A stretch of 64,000 nucleotides of DNA from an uncultured Acidobacteriota bacterium (GCA_963813155.1 CAWEYG010000003.1:640001-704000); one strand, 5' to 3'; shown: positions 8,867-18,940, counted from the stretch's first letter. Notes: a model not told the origin generated them from the sequence alone. Numbers and translations are program-made.

Positions 8867-11053
8867 TTACGGAACGGCGACCGAAGTCGAGGCCGAGTTG
8901 CCCGCTGCATCCAGCGCGCGGACCAACAGATACGCTCCGTGGCTCTCCGGATCGAGCCGGATTGTATACGACTCGGCCGGCGAATCCGTCATGCCGTCGT
9001 CCGCGTCGCCGCGGCTCCAGGTGCCGGCATTGACGCTCCAGAAAACGGCGGAGAGCGGCGAGGAGGCGTCGGTCACGCGAAGGCGGATCACGATCCGGCC
9101 CGACTCGCGGCCCGAGGAGATCACCTCGATTCGCGGCGGCGTGTTGTCGATGAGCACCGGGTCGGAGACCCGGGAGTCGGATTTCGGGTCGTCGGCGTTG
9201 GCGGCGGCGTCGCTCACGGTCACGCGGAACAGGTAGTGCCCGTCGGGCAGGAGGCTGGAATCGAAACCGAACGACGATCCCTTGACGTCCTTTCGCATCG
9301 AAATCCACTTCCCGGAGCCTTCCGGGCGGAAATCGATGTCGGCGGACAGCTCGTCGCCGTCGGGATCGGAAGCCTTCCAGCTGACGATGAGAAATCCGCG
9401 GTTCTCCCACCGCGAGGTCGAGAGGCCGCCCGGCGGGCGTTCGTCCGCGGACGTGAAGATCGTCTCGAGACCGGAATCGCGATCGGTCGACGCGGCCGGG
9501 ACCGAGCTCGCGTCGTGCGCCGCGATCGCTCCCGCGGAGACCGCCTCGACGGTCGGCCGCGCGTTCTGGTTGCGGTAGGCGCATTCGACGCGGCCGAGCG
9601 ACGGGGAAGGCCCGTGATCGGCCGCCTCCAGCGTCGCGCGCCACTGGAGAAAGCGTCCCGGCGGCGCCGGAATCCTGTCGAGACGCGGCGCGGAAACGGG
9701 AGCGCTCCAATCGCTCCAGGTCGCGTCGGGCAGGGTCGAGTTGCCGCTTCGGAAAGAGAAGGAGATCGAGGACTTCGGCGGAAGCTGCGACTCGGAGCGA
9801 AAGGCCCCGAACCGGGATGCCCGGCCCGTGTCCTTGATCGGCGAGAAATATTCGCCCCGGCTCGCCGGCAGGCGGCGATAGGCGGAGGGAGGCGAGTCCG
9901 TGATGACCGCATCCTTCAGGACGACCAGGATCCGCTTCTCGTCGAAGCTCTCGGCCAGAGAGAGCTGACCATCCTGGAGGGAGTAGAGGCGGCCCCGGGA
10001 TCCCGTACCCAGCAGGATTCCTCCGCTCGGCTCGTCCAACCTGCACGAATAGACGAGCTCCTCGTCCGACTGCCAGACGACGGCCACGGAATCGTCCGGG
10101 GAAATTTCGACGATCTCGGAATTCTCCGCGCCCCGCGGCGGCGGCGGGGGCGCCGGCGGAAGAACCGGCGACGACGACACCGTCACGGTCACGGTCGCGT
10201 TTCCCTCGTCGGGGGTTCCCGGTTCCGGTTTCTTGTCCTTCGCCGGCGGGGACGCTGGCGAAGGCGAACGGCCGGACGACGGCGACGGAGCGCCGTGACC
10301 CGTCACCGCGGCCGCGTAAACCTTCCCCGCTCGGTCCTCGAGGATGGAGGTGATCTCCGATCGCTGGGAGTCGTAGATCGTCCCGGCTCGCCCGTTCGAG
10401 TCGAAGCGAAGGAGCAGGCCCCGGGAAGCCGTTCCCGCCCACAGGCGGCCTTTCCGGTCGATCCGGAGCGTCCGGACGTGCTCGTCGACGGCGTCGAAGT
10501 AGGTCGAGCCCCGGCCCGCGGACGACACCTTCACGATCTTGCCGGGGATTCCCGTACCGACGAACAGGTTGCGGTCGCCGTCGAAGGCGAACGCCCAGAT
10601 GTATTCCGCCTTCGGATCGAAAAACTCCGCCGGCTTTCCGTTCGCGATCCGGTAGACCTTTCCCTTCGGCGAGGTCCCCGCGTAGACCGCCCCGTCGGGG
10701 CCGATCGCGAGCGCCGTGACCTCCTTCTCCGGAAGCGTCGCCAGCACGGCAGCCGGCTTTCCCGGCTCCGCGCGCAGGACCTGGCCTCCGTCGCCGGTCC
10801 CGATCTCGATCGCTCCCGAAGGCTCTTCGGCCGCGGAAAGGATCGTCGGAGTGCTGATGCCTTCGATCTTTCCGGAGCGCCGGGCGAGAATCAGATCGCC
10901 CGACGGCTCCGCGGAAACGCCGTGCGCGGTTCCGGCGGAGAACTCTCTCGTCGTGTCGGTCACCCAGATCTTCGCGCTCGAGGCGCTCGCGGCCGCCGCG
11001 ACGAAGACCGCCGCGCAGGGAAGGAAAATGCCAGGGCGCAAGAAGCGTTTCAA
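8867..11053 (-). CDS. Secreted protein with beta-propeller repeats, Pro-rich linker and C-terminal Ig/FnIII-like region; function unknown
   Basis: Signal peptide; repeated blades (DGAVYAGT, DRNLFVGTG, KGRLWAGT, AGKVYAA); WKASDPDGD and IDNTPP motifs. Confidence 0.75.
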   Translation of the reverse strand: MKRFLRPGIFLPCAAVFVAAAASASSAKIWVTDTTREFSAGTAHGVSAEPSGDLILARRSGKIEGISTPTILSAAEEPSGAIEIGTGDGGQVLRAEPGKPAAVLATLPEKEVTALAIGPDGAVYAGTSPKGKVYRIANGKPAEFFDPKAEYIWAFAFDGDRNLFVGTGIPGKIVKVSSAGRGSTYFDAVDEHVRTLRIDRKGRLWAGTASRGLLLRFDSNGRAGTIYDSQRSEITSILEDRAGKVYAAAVTGHGAPSPSSGRSPSPASPPAKDKKPEPGTPDEGNATVTVTVSSSPVLPPAPPPPPRGAENSEIVEISPDDSVAVVWQSDEELVYSCRLDEPSGGILLGTGSRGRLYSLQDGQLSLAESFDEKRILVVLKDAVITDSPPSAYRRLPASRGEYFSPIKDTGRASRFGAFRSESQLPPKSSISFSFRSGNSTLPDATWSDWSAPVSAPRLDRIPAPPGRFLQWRATLEAADHGPSPSLGRVECAYRNQNARPTVEAVSAGAIAAHDASSVPAASTDRDSGLETIFTSADERPPGGLSTSRWENRGFLIVSWKASDPDGDELSADIDFRPEGSGKWISMRKDVKGSSFGFDSSLLPDGHYLFRVTVSDAAANADDPKSDSRVSDPVLIDNTPPRIEVISSGRESGRIVIRLRVTDASSPLSAVFWSVNAGTWSRGDADDGMTDSPAESYTIRLDPESHGAYLLVRALDAAGNSASTSVAVP

Positions 11054-11075
11054 TCAGGCCTCGTTTCGGAACGCG

Positions 11076-12878
11076 TCAATCGATTTTCGCGACGACGTCC
11101 AGCGTGAGCCTCACCGATCCCGTGATCGGGATTCCCTGTTCCACGCTGGTGGCGTAGACGCGCTGCTGCGAAAGGCTCGGGCCGCCGTCGCGGGCGCTCT
11201 GCGCCGCGAAGAGCGAATACACCGACGGCGGCAGAGCCGGAAGCTCTTCTCCGGAAACGACCGCGCCCGCGCCCGGGCGATAGGCCAGGAGGTTCACCGT
11301 GTTGGCAGGCTTCAGGCGATCGAGGAAGTCGAGCACCTGCTCGAGCGACCGCGGATCCGCCGGAAAGAGCGAAAGGTCGAACGCCGTCGCCGAGAGCCCG
11401 TCCCCGACGAAGACCGTCAACGGGCCCGGCGGAGTGCCCGCGGGCACGGGAAGCGACAGGGAGATGCGCCGCGTGCTGCCGCGGAAGTCCTGCAGCGACA
11501 CGAGCAGGGGCACCGTCTCCCCGGGACGGACGCGGTCCTTCGCGGGCACGACGTCGGTGATCCGCGCGTTCTTCAGAACGTCCGAATGCTGAATCGCGAC
11601 GTCGATCCCGTCGATCGCGAGATCGTGGAATTCGTTGGCCATCAGGTAATTCGTGAGGAGCGCCATCGCCGAGACGGCCTGGTCCTTGGCTCCCATTCCG
11701 GAGAACACGGAATCGAACCGAACCGTGCGGCCGGGCGTTCGGATCGCGGATTTCCAGACGAGCGTGCGCTCACCCACCGATTTCTCGAGCGTCGACAGCG
11801 TCGTGTCGATCGCCGACGCCGCGAGAATCGGGGTCAACATCGAATTCCGCACGACCTGGAAGTCGAAGCGCTGCACGGGCAGGTTCTCGGATTCGATCGA
11901 AACGTGGACGGGCACCATCTTCGCCTGCGTTCCGAAAGATCCCAGGATTCCGGTCGAGCGATCCTGCGTGATCGACCCGAGCACGTTCCCGGTCGAAGCG
12001 AATTTGAAGGACCGGTACAGCGACGGCAGGACGCCGATCACGTCGGAATCCGCCATGGGCATCTCGACGGGACCCATCGACAGGAACGGATGCCCGAACG
12101 CGAGAACGTTTTCCCCTTCGACCCAGGTGACCGTCCCCGTCGCGGCCATCGTCATGTCGCCCGAGATCAGGATGGTCGCGACGGAGGACCCGGGTTTGAG
12201 GGAGTCGCCCGGCGTGGCGGACGGCAGGGATCGGCCTCCCGACGGCGCGTCCAGAAAGGCGCCGCGCGAGAAGAACAGGTCCCGCAGGAAGTCGTCCGAC
12301 GACCCGGTGTGGGAGAGCGGAAGAGGAAGCGGCGCCCACCCTTCGCGGCGGGACGGAAAGACGCGCTCGACCAGCGAACGGAACGCGGGGAGATAGTCCG
12401 CGCTCTGGAACGATTCCATGAACGCCGCCGCCGCGCGGCTCCCGGCGGGCGCCGGCGCGCCGATCGGCACGGGCGCCGACGCGGGCACGTGCCGGATGTC
12501 GAGCATCGATTCGATCGGCGTGATTCCCGCGATCGGCTCCTCGGAAAAAGGCCAGCCATAGGCGACCGCGCCGATGAGGTGCTCGTTGATGTACACGGGG
12601 CTGCCGCTCATCCCGGCGATCACCCCGCTCTTCTCGAGGTTGTTGCCCGAGAGCCGCGCGAGAATGAGGTCCTGCTTCGGCGCGTAGTCCCGCATGACTC
12701 CCAGGATCTCGACGCCGAAACGGGTCACGCCCTTCCCGTTGCCGAAATCGCAGAGACCGTAGCCCGTCTGGCCGGCGTGAATGCCGGAGACCTCCAGGAT
12801 GGGCGGCGACGCCGAGACGACGCCGTCGCCGCGGAAAGAGAGAGCCAGGCTCGCGAAGGCGAAACGAATTTTCCTCAT
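11076..12878 (-). CDS. SpoIVB-like peptidase S55 domain protein
   Basis: GVIAGMSGSPVYI...GAVAYGW and AFGHPF motifs; signal-like N-terminus MRKIRFAFASLAL. Confidence 0.85.
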   Translation of the reverse strand: MRKIRFAFASLALSFRGDGVVSASPPILEVSGIHAGQTGYGLCDFGNGKGVTRFGVEILGVMRDYAPKQDLILARLSGNNLEKSGVIAGMSGSPVYINEHLIGAVAYGWPFSEEPIAGITPIESMLDIRHVPASAPVPIGAPAPAGSRAAAAFMESFQSADYLPAFRSLVERVFPSRREGWAPLPLPLSHTGSSDDFLRDLFFSRGAFLDAPSGGRSLPSATPGDSLKPGSSVATILISGDMTMAATGTVTWVEGENVLAFGHPFLSMGPVEMPMADSDVIGVLPSLYRSFKFASTGNVLGSITQDRSTGILGSFGTQAKMVPVHVSIESENLPVQRFDFQVVRNSMLTPILAASAIDTTLSTLEKSVGERTLVWKSAIRTPGRTVRFDSVFSGMGAKDQAVSAMALLTNYLMANEFHDLAIDGIDVAIQHSDVLKNARITDVVPAKDRVRPGETVPLLVSLQDFRGSTRRISLSLPVPAGTPPGPLTVFVGDGLSATAFDLSLFPADPRSLEQVLDFLDRLKPANTVNLLAYRPGAGAVVSGEELPALPPSVYSLFAAQSARDGGPSLSQQRVYATSVEQGIPITGSVRLTLDVVAKID

Positions 12879-12923
12879 CTTCCCTGCACAACCCGCCCGA
12901 GCGCCCGTTTCATCCATCTATTG

Positions 12924-12953
12924 TTGACGATGCAAAGTTTCGTGTGCTACGGT
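12924..12953 (+). promoter_or_regulatory. Sigma70-type promoter of the tol-pal operon
   Basis: TTGACG-N18-TACGGT with extended TG, upstream of GAGGAG RBS. Confidence 0.5.
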
Positions 12954-12988
12954 GACCGGGCCATTTCTGGCAAGCGAGAGGAGCATGC

Positions 12989-13729
12989 GTGGCGTTGGAG
13001 GCACAAACCGTCAGCTCGACTGCGTTGGACAACGGATCGTCCTCGCTCGTCACGTTCTTTCGCCAGACCGGGCCTGCGGCGAAGGTCGTCCTCGGCATAT
13101 TGCTCTTTTTTTCGCTCGTTTCGTGGCTGATCATCATCGCCAAATTCATCCGGCTGAATCGCGTTCGGGGACAGTCTAACCGGTTTCTCGACTTTTTTCG
13201 AAAATCGAAGCGGTTTTCCGAAGTCAACACCATGGCGAGCCAGCTCTCGGACACCCCGCTGACGACCCTTTTCAAGTCCGGCTACGCGGAGCTCGACGCC
13301 CAGATCAAGGCGGCCCGCGCCGAGGACCCTTCCACCTCGGTCACCGCGAGCGCCCGGCTCCTGATCAAGAACATCAGCGGCATCGAGCGCGCCCTCGAGC
13401 GCGCGGCGGGCGCCGAGATCTCCCGCCTCACGAAGTCGCTCACGTTTCTGGCGACGACGGCCGCCGCGTGCCCCTTCATCGGGCTCTTCGGCACCGTCTG
13501 GGGCATCATGTCCTCCTTCAACGCGATCGGCGCCTCCGGCTCGACCTCGATCGTCGCGGTCGCTCCCGGCATCTCCGAGGCGCTCATCAACACGGCGGCC
13601 GGCCTCGCGGCGGCGATTCCGGCGCTCATCGCGTACAACTACTTCATGGGCCAGATCCGCCAGATGCGCGCGACCATGGACGATTTCGCCCTCGAGTTCC
13701 TGAACCTGACCGAGAGGAACTTCACCTAG
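12989..13729 (+). CDS. tolQ: TolQ/ExbB/MotA proton channel protein
   Basis: PFIGLFGTVWGIM and VAPGISEALINTAAGL motifs; position in the tol-pal cluster. Confidence 0.9.
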   Translation: MALEAQTVSSTALDNGSSSLVTFFRQTGPAAKVVLGILLFFSLVSWLIIIAKFIRLNRVRGQSNRFLDFFRKSKRFSEVNTMASQLSDTPLTTLFKSGYAELDAQIKAARAEDPSTSVTASARLLIKNISGIERALERAAGAEISRLTKSLTFLATTAAACPFIGLFGTVWGIMSSFNAIGASGSTSIVAVAPGISEALINTAAGLAAAIPALIAYNYFMGQIRQMRATMDDFALEFLNLTERNFT

Positions 13730-14155
13730 ATGTCGATGACCTCCGGCCCGAAGGGCGATCCGTTCGACCACCTCGCGGACATCAACGTCACGCCGCTCGT
13801 GGACGTGATGCTCGTGCTGTTGATCATTTTCATGGTCACGGCCCCGATGCTCCACCAGGGGGTCTCCGTCGCCCTGCCGAAAGCGAACTCTTCGAGCCTC
13901 CCGAAGAGCGCGGAAGACCCGATCATCCTCTCGATTACGACGACCGGCATGTACTACATCAACGAAACCCCGATCGCCCACGGGGCCCTCAAAGACCGGC
14001 TCCAGGCGTTTCTTCGCACTCGCCAGGACCGGACCGTCTACCTCAAGGCCGATCGCTCCCTCTCTTATGGCACGGTCGTTGAAACGATGGACCTGCTGAA
14101 CCGGATGGGGATCGAGAACCTCGGAATGCTGACGGAGTCTCGCGAGAAGAAATGA
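13730..14155 (+). CDS. tolR: TolR/ExbD family protein
   Basis: DINVTPLVDVMLVLLIIFMVTAP motif. Confidence 0.92.
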   Translation: MSMTSGPKGDPFDHLADINVTPLVDVMLVLLIIFMVTAPMLHQGVSVALPKANSSSLPKSAEDPIILSITTTGMYYINETPIAHGALKDRLQAFLRTRQDRTVYLKADRSLSYGTVVETMDLLNRMGIENLGMLTESREKK

Positions 14156-14907
14156 CCGACGTGGAAATCCTCGGCGACCCGCTTCTCGAACACGGGAAGG
14201 ACAGTCTGGAGTGGAAGCTGGGGACCCTCGGAACGATCCTGCTCCACGTGGGGCTCGCCCTCGCGTACGTCATCGGGTCCCGCATCACGCCTCCGCGGCG
14301 CTTCCTCACGCCCCAGTCCGTTTCGGTCCGGCTCGTCTCCCTCTCCTCGTTGCCGGGCGCGCGGACGCAGCCGGCCGAGCCGGCCGAAGCTTCCCGGCCC
14401 GTGATCGAGAAAGCCGAGGAAGAGCCCGTTCCGAGCCCGAAGGCGCTGCCGTTGCCCGACAAGAAGCCGGAGAAGAAGACTCCCGCATCGGTGCACCCGG
14501 CCCAGGTTTCGCCGAAGGCGGCCCGGAAGGTCAGCGGCGCGCCCGTGGAGCTTCCTTCCGGCAGCGAAGCGGGCGGGGGCGCTGGTCCCGCGGGGCCGGC
14601 CTCGAACCTCGGAACGAGCCTGTCGGCGTTCGACTCGGCCGACTTCAATTACTCTTACTACATTGCGCAGATGCTCGCGTCGATCGGAGCGAACTGGTTC
14701 AAGCCGACCGACCAGGCGGTGAACCCGGTGCTCTTCTTCCGGATCGCGAGGGACGGGTCGATTTCGGATGTCCGCGTCGAGAAATCGAGCGGGCTGCCGT
14801 TCGTGGACCGCGCGGCGCAGAGGGCCGTCCTCGCGTCGTCCCCGCTTCCCCCGCTGCCGGTGGATTTCCACGAAAGCTCGCTCGGCGTCCACTTGAAATT
14901 CGAATGA
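14152..14907 (+). CDS. tolA: TolA/TonB family energy transducer
   Basis: N-terminal TM with His (TILLHVGL), Pro/Lys-rich spacer, C-terminal SSG..FVDRAAQRAV..PLPPLP; lies between tolR and tolB. Confidence 0.75.
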   Translation: MTDVEILGDPLLEHGKDSLEWKLGTLGTILLHVGLALAYVIGSRITPPRRFLTPQSVSVRLVSLSSLPGARTQPAEPAEASRPVIEKAEEEPVPSPKALPLPDKKPEKKTPASVHPAQVSPKAARKVSGAPVELPSGSEAGGGAGPAGPASNLGTSLSAFDSADFNYSYYIAQMLASIGANWFKPTDQAVNPVLFFRIARDGSISDVRVEKSSGLPFVDRAAQRAVLASSPLPPLPVDFHESSLGVHLKFE

Positions 14908-16247
14908 ACAGGAGGTCTCGCTTGCGGAAACGCGCCGCCCTACTCGCTCTCGCGGCCGGCATCCTCGCCGCGCCGATCCGGGCCCAGCAGGCCCAGGCTC
15001 CCCCGCGGGAGAGTCAGGAACTTTGGCTCGAGCTCAACAAGCCGAGCGGAAAGAAGCTTCCCATCGCGCTCCCGCCCGCAATCGCCCCCGCGGGGCCGGT
15101 CATCGAGACGCAGATCCGGCTCCCGTTCTCCGACACGCTGCGCAGCGACCTCGACTACTGCGGCCTGTTCTCGATCGTCGATCCGTCGCTCTACCCGAAG
15201 GGATATCGCGACGCGACGCAGCCGGAGTCGGCGGACCGCTGGACGGCGGCGGGCGCCGAAGTCCTCGTCGACACCCTGCTCGAAATCTCCGGCGACCGGG
15301 TCTCGGCGGAGGCGCGCGTGTACGACCTCAAATCGCACAAGCTCGTCTTCGGAAAACGCTACAGCGGCGGCAGCACGTTCGTCCCCCGCATCGCCCACGC
15401 GGTCGCCGACGACATCGTGAAGTACTTCACCGGGAAGGCCGGCCTCTTCATGACTTCGATCGCGTTCGGCTCGGACCGGGATGGCGGGAGGGGGCTGCGG
15501 GAGATCTACCTGATGGATTTCGACGGACGAAATCCCCGGCGGCTGACCCAGGGCCGGACGCTCAGCATGAACCCGACCTGGTCCGCGGACGGCCAGCGCA
15601 TCGCGTTCACGAGCTACGCGAAGATGTTTCCGCGCCTCTTTTCCATGGACAAGAGCGGCGGCACCCGCCGCGAGGTCCCGACCGGCGTCGAGCTCAACGC
15701 ATCGCCCTCCTACTCCCCCGACGGCCGCCGGCTCGTCTTTGCCGGCTCGGTGAAGGGGAACCCCGCGATTTTCGTCGTCAATTCGGACGGCACGGGACTC
15801 AAGCGGCTGACAAACTCGCACTCCGTCGATTCCACGCCGCGGTGGTCGCCGGTCGGCAACCAGATCCTCTACACCTCGAGCCTCTCGGGCAACCCGCAGC
15901 TCTATCTGATGGATCCGGAAGGCGCGAATTCGCGCCGGGTGACCCTCGCCGGAGACTGGAACGACGAGGGCGCGTGGTCGCCGGACGGGTCGAAGATCGC
16001 GTACGCCTGCCGAAATGGGGGCGATTTCCAGATCTGCGTGACGAATCTGGCGACCGGCCAGACTCTCCAGCTCACCGGGGAAGGGTCCAACGGCCATCCC
16101 AGCTGGTCGCCCGACGGGAACAAGATCGCCTACGATTGCCGCCGGGGCGGGTCGACCCAGGTCTACACGATGGACATCAACGGCCAGCATCGAGTCGCGA
16201 TCACCGACAAGGGAAACAACAGCCAGCCGGCCTGGTCGCCCAACTGA
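14904..16247 (+). CDS. tolB: Tol-Pal beta-propeller protein TolB
   Basis: Signal peptide, IAHAVADDIV, multiple PD40 repeats (PTWSADG, PSYSPDG, PRWSP, AWSPDG, PSWSPDG). Confidence 0.92.
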   Translation: MNRRSRLRKRAALLALAAGILAAPIRAQQAQAPPRESQELWLELNKPSGKKLPIALPPAIAPAGPVIETQIRLPFSDTLRSDLDYCGLFSIVDPSLYPKGYRDATQPESADRWTAAGAEVLVDTLLEISGDRVSAEARVYDLKSHKLVFGKRYSGGSTFVPRIAHAVADDIVKYFTGKAGLFMTSIAFGSDRDGGRGLREIYLMDFDGRNPRRLTQGRTLSMNPTWSADGQRIAFTSYAKMFPRLFSMDKSGGTRREVPTGVELNASPSYSPDGRRLVFAGSVKGNPAIFVVNSDGTGLKRLTNSHSVDSTPRWSPVGNQILYTSSLSGNPQLYLMDPEGANSRRVTLAGDWNDEGAWSPDGSKIAYACRNGGDFQICVTNLATGQTLQLTGEGSNGHPSWSPDGNKIAYDCRRGGSTQVYTMDINGQHRVAITDKGNNSQPAWSPN

Positions 16248-16276
16248 TTGAAAGCGTGCATGAATTTTGCTACGGT
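16248..16276 (+). promoter_or_regulatory. Internal promoter for pal
   Basis: TTGAAA-N17-TACGGT with extended TG in the tolB-pal gap. Confidence 0.55.
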
Positions 16277-16360
16277 TCCCTTCAGGAAGAGCGTGAAACG
16301 GGAAGACTCGAAATTCGTCGAACCACTCAGCCGGCGAACGCAACAACAAGGAGGTACGAA

Positions 16361-16921
16361 ATGACGACCCGGGTATCGATTCGAAATCTCGCGCTGCTGG
16401 CCGCATGCCTCGTACTGGCAGCCAGCTGCAAGAAGAAACCCCCGACGACGACTCCGGAGGCCGCGCCTCCCCCTCCGGCCGCGCCGGAACAGCCGTCCAC
16501 GGCCCCGGCACCGCCCGCGCCGGCGGCCCCGGCGAGCGGCGGCGACGACGTGTCGAGCGCCGACCTCCAGACCCTCAACTCGCGCGGTTATCTGAAGGAT
16601 TCCTTCTTCGACTTCGACAAGTACGACCTTCGCGAAGATGCCCGCACCGCGCTCGCGGCGGACGCCCAGTGGCTGAAGCGCTATTCGTCGATCCAGGTCC
16701 TCGTGGAAGGGCATTGCGACTCGCGCGGCACGGAGGAGTACAACCTCTCCCTCGGGCAGAAGCGCGCCGCCTCCGTCAAGGACTACCTCGTGTCGCTCGG
16801 CCTCGATGGCGGCCGGATCAACACGGTTTCGTACGGAAAGACCCGTCCCTTCTGCACCGACGAGAGCGAGTCTTGCTGGCAGCAGAACCGCCGCGGTCAT
16901 TTCGTCATCACGGCGAAGTGA
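16361..16921 (+). CDS. pal: Peptidoglycan-associated lipoprotein Pal
   Basis: AAGGAGG RBS, lipobox LAASC, OmpA-like domain FFDFDK...EGHCDSRGTEEYNLSLG...QNRR. Confidence 0.95.
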   Translation: MTTRVSIRNLALLAACLVLAASCKKKPPTTTPEAAPPPPAAPEQPSTAPAPPAPAAPASGGDDVSSADLQTLNSRGYLKDSFFDFDKYDLREDARTALAADAQWLKRYSSIQVLVEGHCDSRGTEEYNLSLGQKRAASVKDYLVSLGLDGGRINTVSYGKTRPFCTDESESCWQQNRRGHFVITAK

Positions 16922-17760
16922 GGGGCTCGAGGTTCTCTCTCCCGCTGGGAGCGGGAGCGCTTTCGCTCTTGCTCCTCGCGGCGGGAGGCTGCGTTTCCTC
17001 CGACGACATCGACGGGTTGCACCGCCAGATGAACGATATCGAGCGCCAGATCCAGGCGGTCGAAAACAAGTCTTCCTCGAAGGAAGAAGTCCAGAAGCTC
17101 AACGCGAGCGTCTCCCAGCAGACGAACCAGCTGCTGAAGTCCAACGCGGACACGGGCGTCAAGCTCGATGAGCTGTCGCGTCAGATCGAATCACTCCAGT
17201 CGAAGCTCGAAGACACGAACCGGCGCCTCGCGGAGCTCTCCCAGCAGATCGCCGCGACGCAGGGCGACCTGGGCCGGATGAGTCCCGGCCTGACGCCGAC
17301 CTCCCCGTCGGTCGGCGCGCCGCGTCCGAATCCTCAGGCAGGCTCGGCGCCGCCCGCGGCGGGCCGGGCGGGAGCGAGCCCCCAGCAGCTCTACGACACG
17401 GCGTACGGAGACTTCACGAAAGGGCGATACGAGCTGTCGATCGCCGGCTTTCAGGAATACATCGAGCGGTACCCCTCGACCGACTTGACGGACAACGCCC
17501 AGTACTGGATCGGCGAATCGGACTACTCCGAGAGGAAGTTCGACCAGGCGATCCGCGACTTCGACACGCTCCTGAAGAGGTGGCCCCAGAGCGACAAGGC
17601 CGCGGCGGCGCTTTTGAAAAAGGGCCTCGCGCTCCTCGAGCTCAACCGCCGGGCGGAGTCCGTCGTCGCGCTGCAGTACGTCGTCCACGAATACCCCTCC
17701 TCCGACGAGTCGCGCCTCGCGCGGCAGAAGTTGTCGGCCCTCGGGGTGGAAACCCGTTAG
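16918..17760 (+). CDS. cpoB: Tol-Pal protein CpoB/YbgF (coiled coil plus TPR lipoprotein)
   Basis: Lipobox AGGC, coiled coil, TPR NAQYWIGE; follows pal. Confidence 0.88.
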   Translation: MRGSRFSLPLGAGALSLLLLAAGGCVSSDDIDGLHRQMNDIERQIQAVENKSSSKEEVQKLNASVSQQTNQLLKSNADTGVKLDELSRQIESLQSKLEDTNRRLAELSQQIAATQGDLGRMSPGLTPTSPSVGAPRPNPQAGSAPPAAGRAGASPQQLYDTAYGDFTKGRYELSIAGFQEYIERYPSTDLTDNAQYWIGESDYSERKFDQAIRDFDTLLKRWPQSDKAAAALLKKGLALLELNRRAESVVALQYVVHEYPSSDESRLARQKLSALGVETR

Positions 17761-17797
17761 AATTCCACGAATCGACAGGAAGGAAAATTAGGAGAGC

Positions 17798-18046
17798 ATG
17801 GCAAACATCAAGAGCGCCGAAAAGCGGATCCGGACGACCGCGAAGAAAACCGAAAGAAACAAGAGCGTGAAATCGAAGCTCCGCCGCGTCGTCAAGACGC
17901 AGCGGGCCGGGGACTCCGCGGAAAGCCTTCCGAAGACGATCTCGCAGATCGACCGGGCGCTGGCCAAGGGCGTCATCCATCGGAACACGGCGGCCCGCTA
18001 CAAGGCTCGGCTCTCGAAGGCGAGCAAGAAAGCCGCCGCAAAGTAA
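17798..18046 (+). CDS. rpsT: 30S ribosomal protein S20
   Basis: MANIKSAEKR...KGVIHRNTAARYKARL. Confidence 0.97.
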   Translation: MANIKSAEKRIRTTAKKTERNKSVKSKLRRVVKTQRAGDSAESLPKTISQIDRALAKGVIHRNTAARYKARLSKASKKAAAK

Positions 18047-18071
18047 ATCGCCTGACCGGGAATCTCGAGGC

Positions 18072-18100
18072 GCGCCCGCGAACGCGGGCGCTCTTTTTTT
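18072..18100 (+). terminator. Intrinsic terminator after rpsT
   Basis: GCGCCCGC-GAAC-GCGGGCGC stem followed by TCTTTTTTT. Confidence 0.85.
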
Positions 18101-18940
18101 CTACGAGCTCGCCTCTTCGTTGCCCCGCCACGTCTCGTTGCTCTCGTCGTAGGCGGGGAGCTCGAAGGCCCAGCCGTTCGCCCGGAAGCGCTGCCACTCC
18201 CAGACCTTCGCCCACTTGAGAAAGACGCCGTAAGCCTGGAGCGCACAGAGCACGAAGCCGTGCCTCCCGTCGAGAAAGCCGGCCTGCAGCACGTACATCC
18301 GGAAGAACCTCCACGCCGGCCGGAAGAAGAGCTGGAGGGTTCCCGGCTTCCTCCCGCGCCGATAGGCCTCCGCGGCTCCCCACTCCGCGTACCGGTGGAG
18401 CTTTTCGAGGTACTGCGAAAACGACCGGAACGTGTAGTGCAGGAACGGCGAATCGAGAACCGGGGTCCGTCCTTCCGGCCGGATGTCCGCGTGCACTCGG
18501 CGATTCGGATATCTCGCGGTCCCCTTGCGGATCAGCCGGACGACCTTGTCGGTCGACCACCCGGAGTGGCGGATGATCCGGTCCACGAAGATGTTCTGCC
18601 GGCGGATGTAGTAGTGGTCGGCGTCGGGGCCTTTCTCCAGGAGCGCCAGGATCTCGCGGGAGAGCTCCGCGGTGACGCGCTCGTCGGCATCGACGATGAG
18701 CACCCACGGGCCCACGGCCCGGTCCATCGCCCAGTTCTTCTGGGCGGCCGACCCGAAATAGGCGTGCTGGACGACCTGCGCCTTCGGCATCGATTTCGCG
18801 ATTTCCACGGTCCTGTCGGTCGAGAAAGAATCGACGAGCAGGACCTCGTCGGCCCAGAGGACGCTCTCCAGGCACTCCTGGATGTTGATTTCCTCGTTGA
18901 AGGTCGTGATGATCGCCGTGATCCCGGGCCGCCCGGTCAC
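18101..18940 (-). CDS. Glycosyltransferase family 2, WaaE/KdtX-like LPS glucosyltransferase
   Basis: TFNEEINI..CLESV.WADE..VDSFSTDRT, DADER, VH and HYT motifs. Confidence 0.85.
   Translation of the reverse strand: MTGRPGITAIITTFNEEINIQECLESVLWADEVLLVDSFSTDRTVEIAKSMPKAQVVQHAYFGSAAQKNWAMDRAVGPWVLIVDADERVTAELSREILALLEKGPDADHYYIRRQNIFVDRIIRHSGWSTDKVVRLIRKGTARYPNRRVHADIRPEGRTPVLDSPFLHYTFRSFSQYLEKLHRYAEWGAAEAYRRGRKPGTLQLFFRPAWRFFRMYVLQAGFLDGRHGFVLCALQAYGVFLKWAKVWEWQRFRANGWAFELPAYDESNETWRGNEEASS

Noticed and set aside
6208-8910. Apparent 900-aa SBP-permease fusion
   Set aside because: Created by the +1 insertion near 8103; the middle part is nonsense and the real SBP C-terminus is ORF 7179..8054
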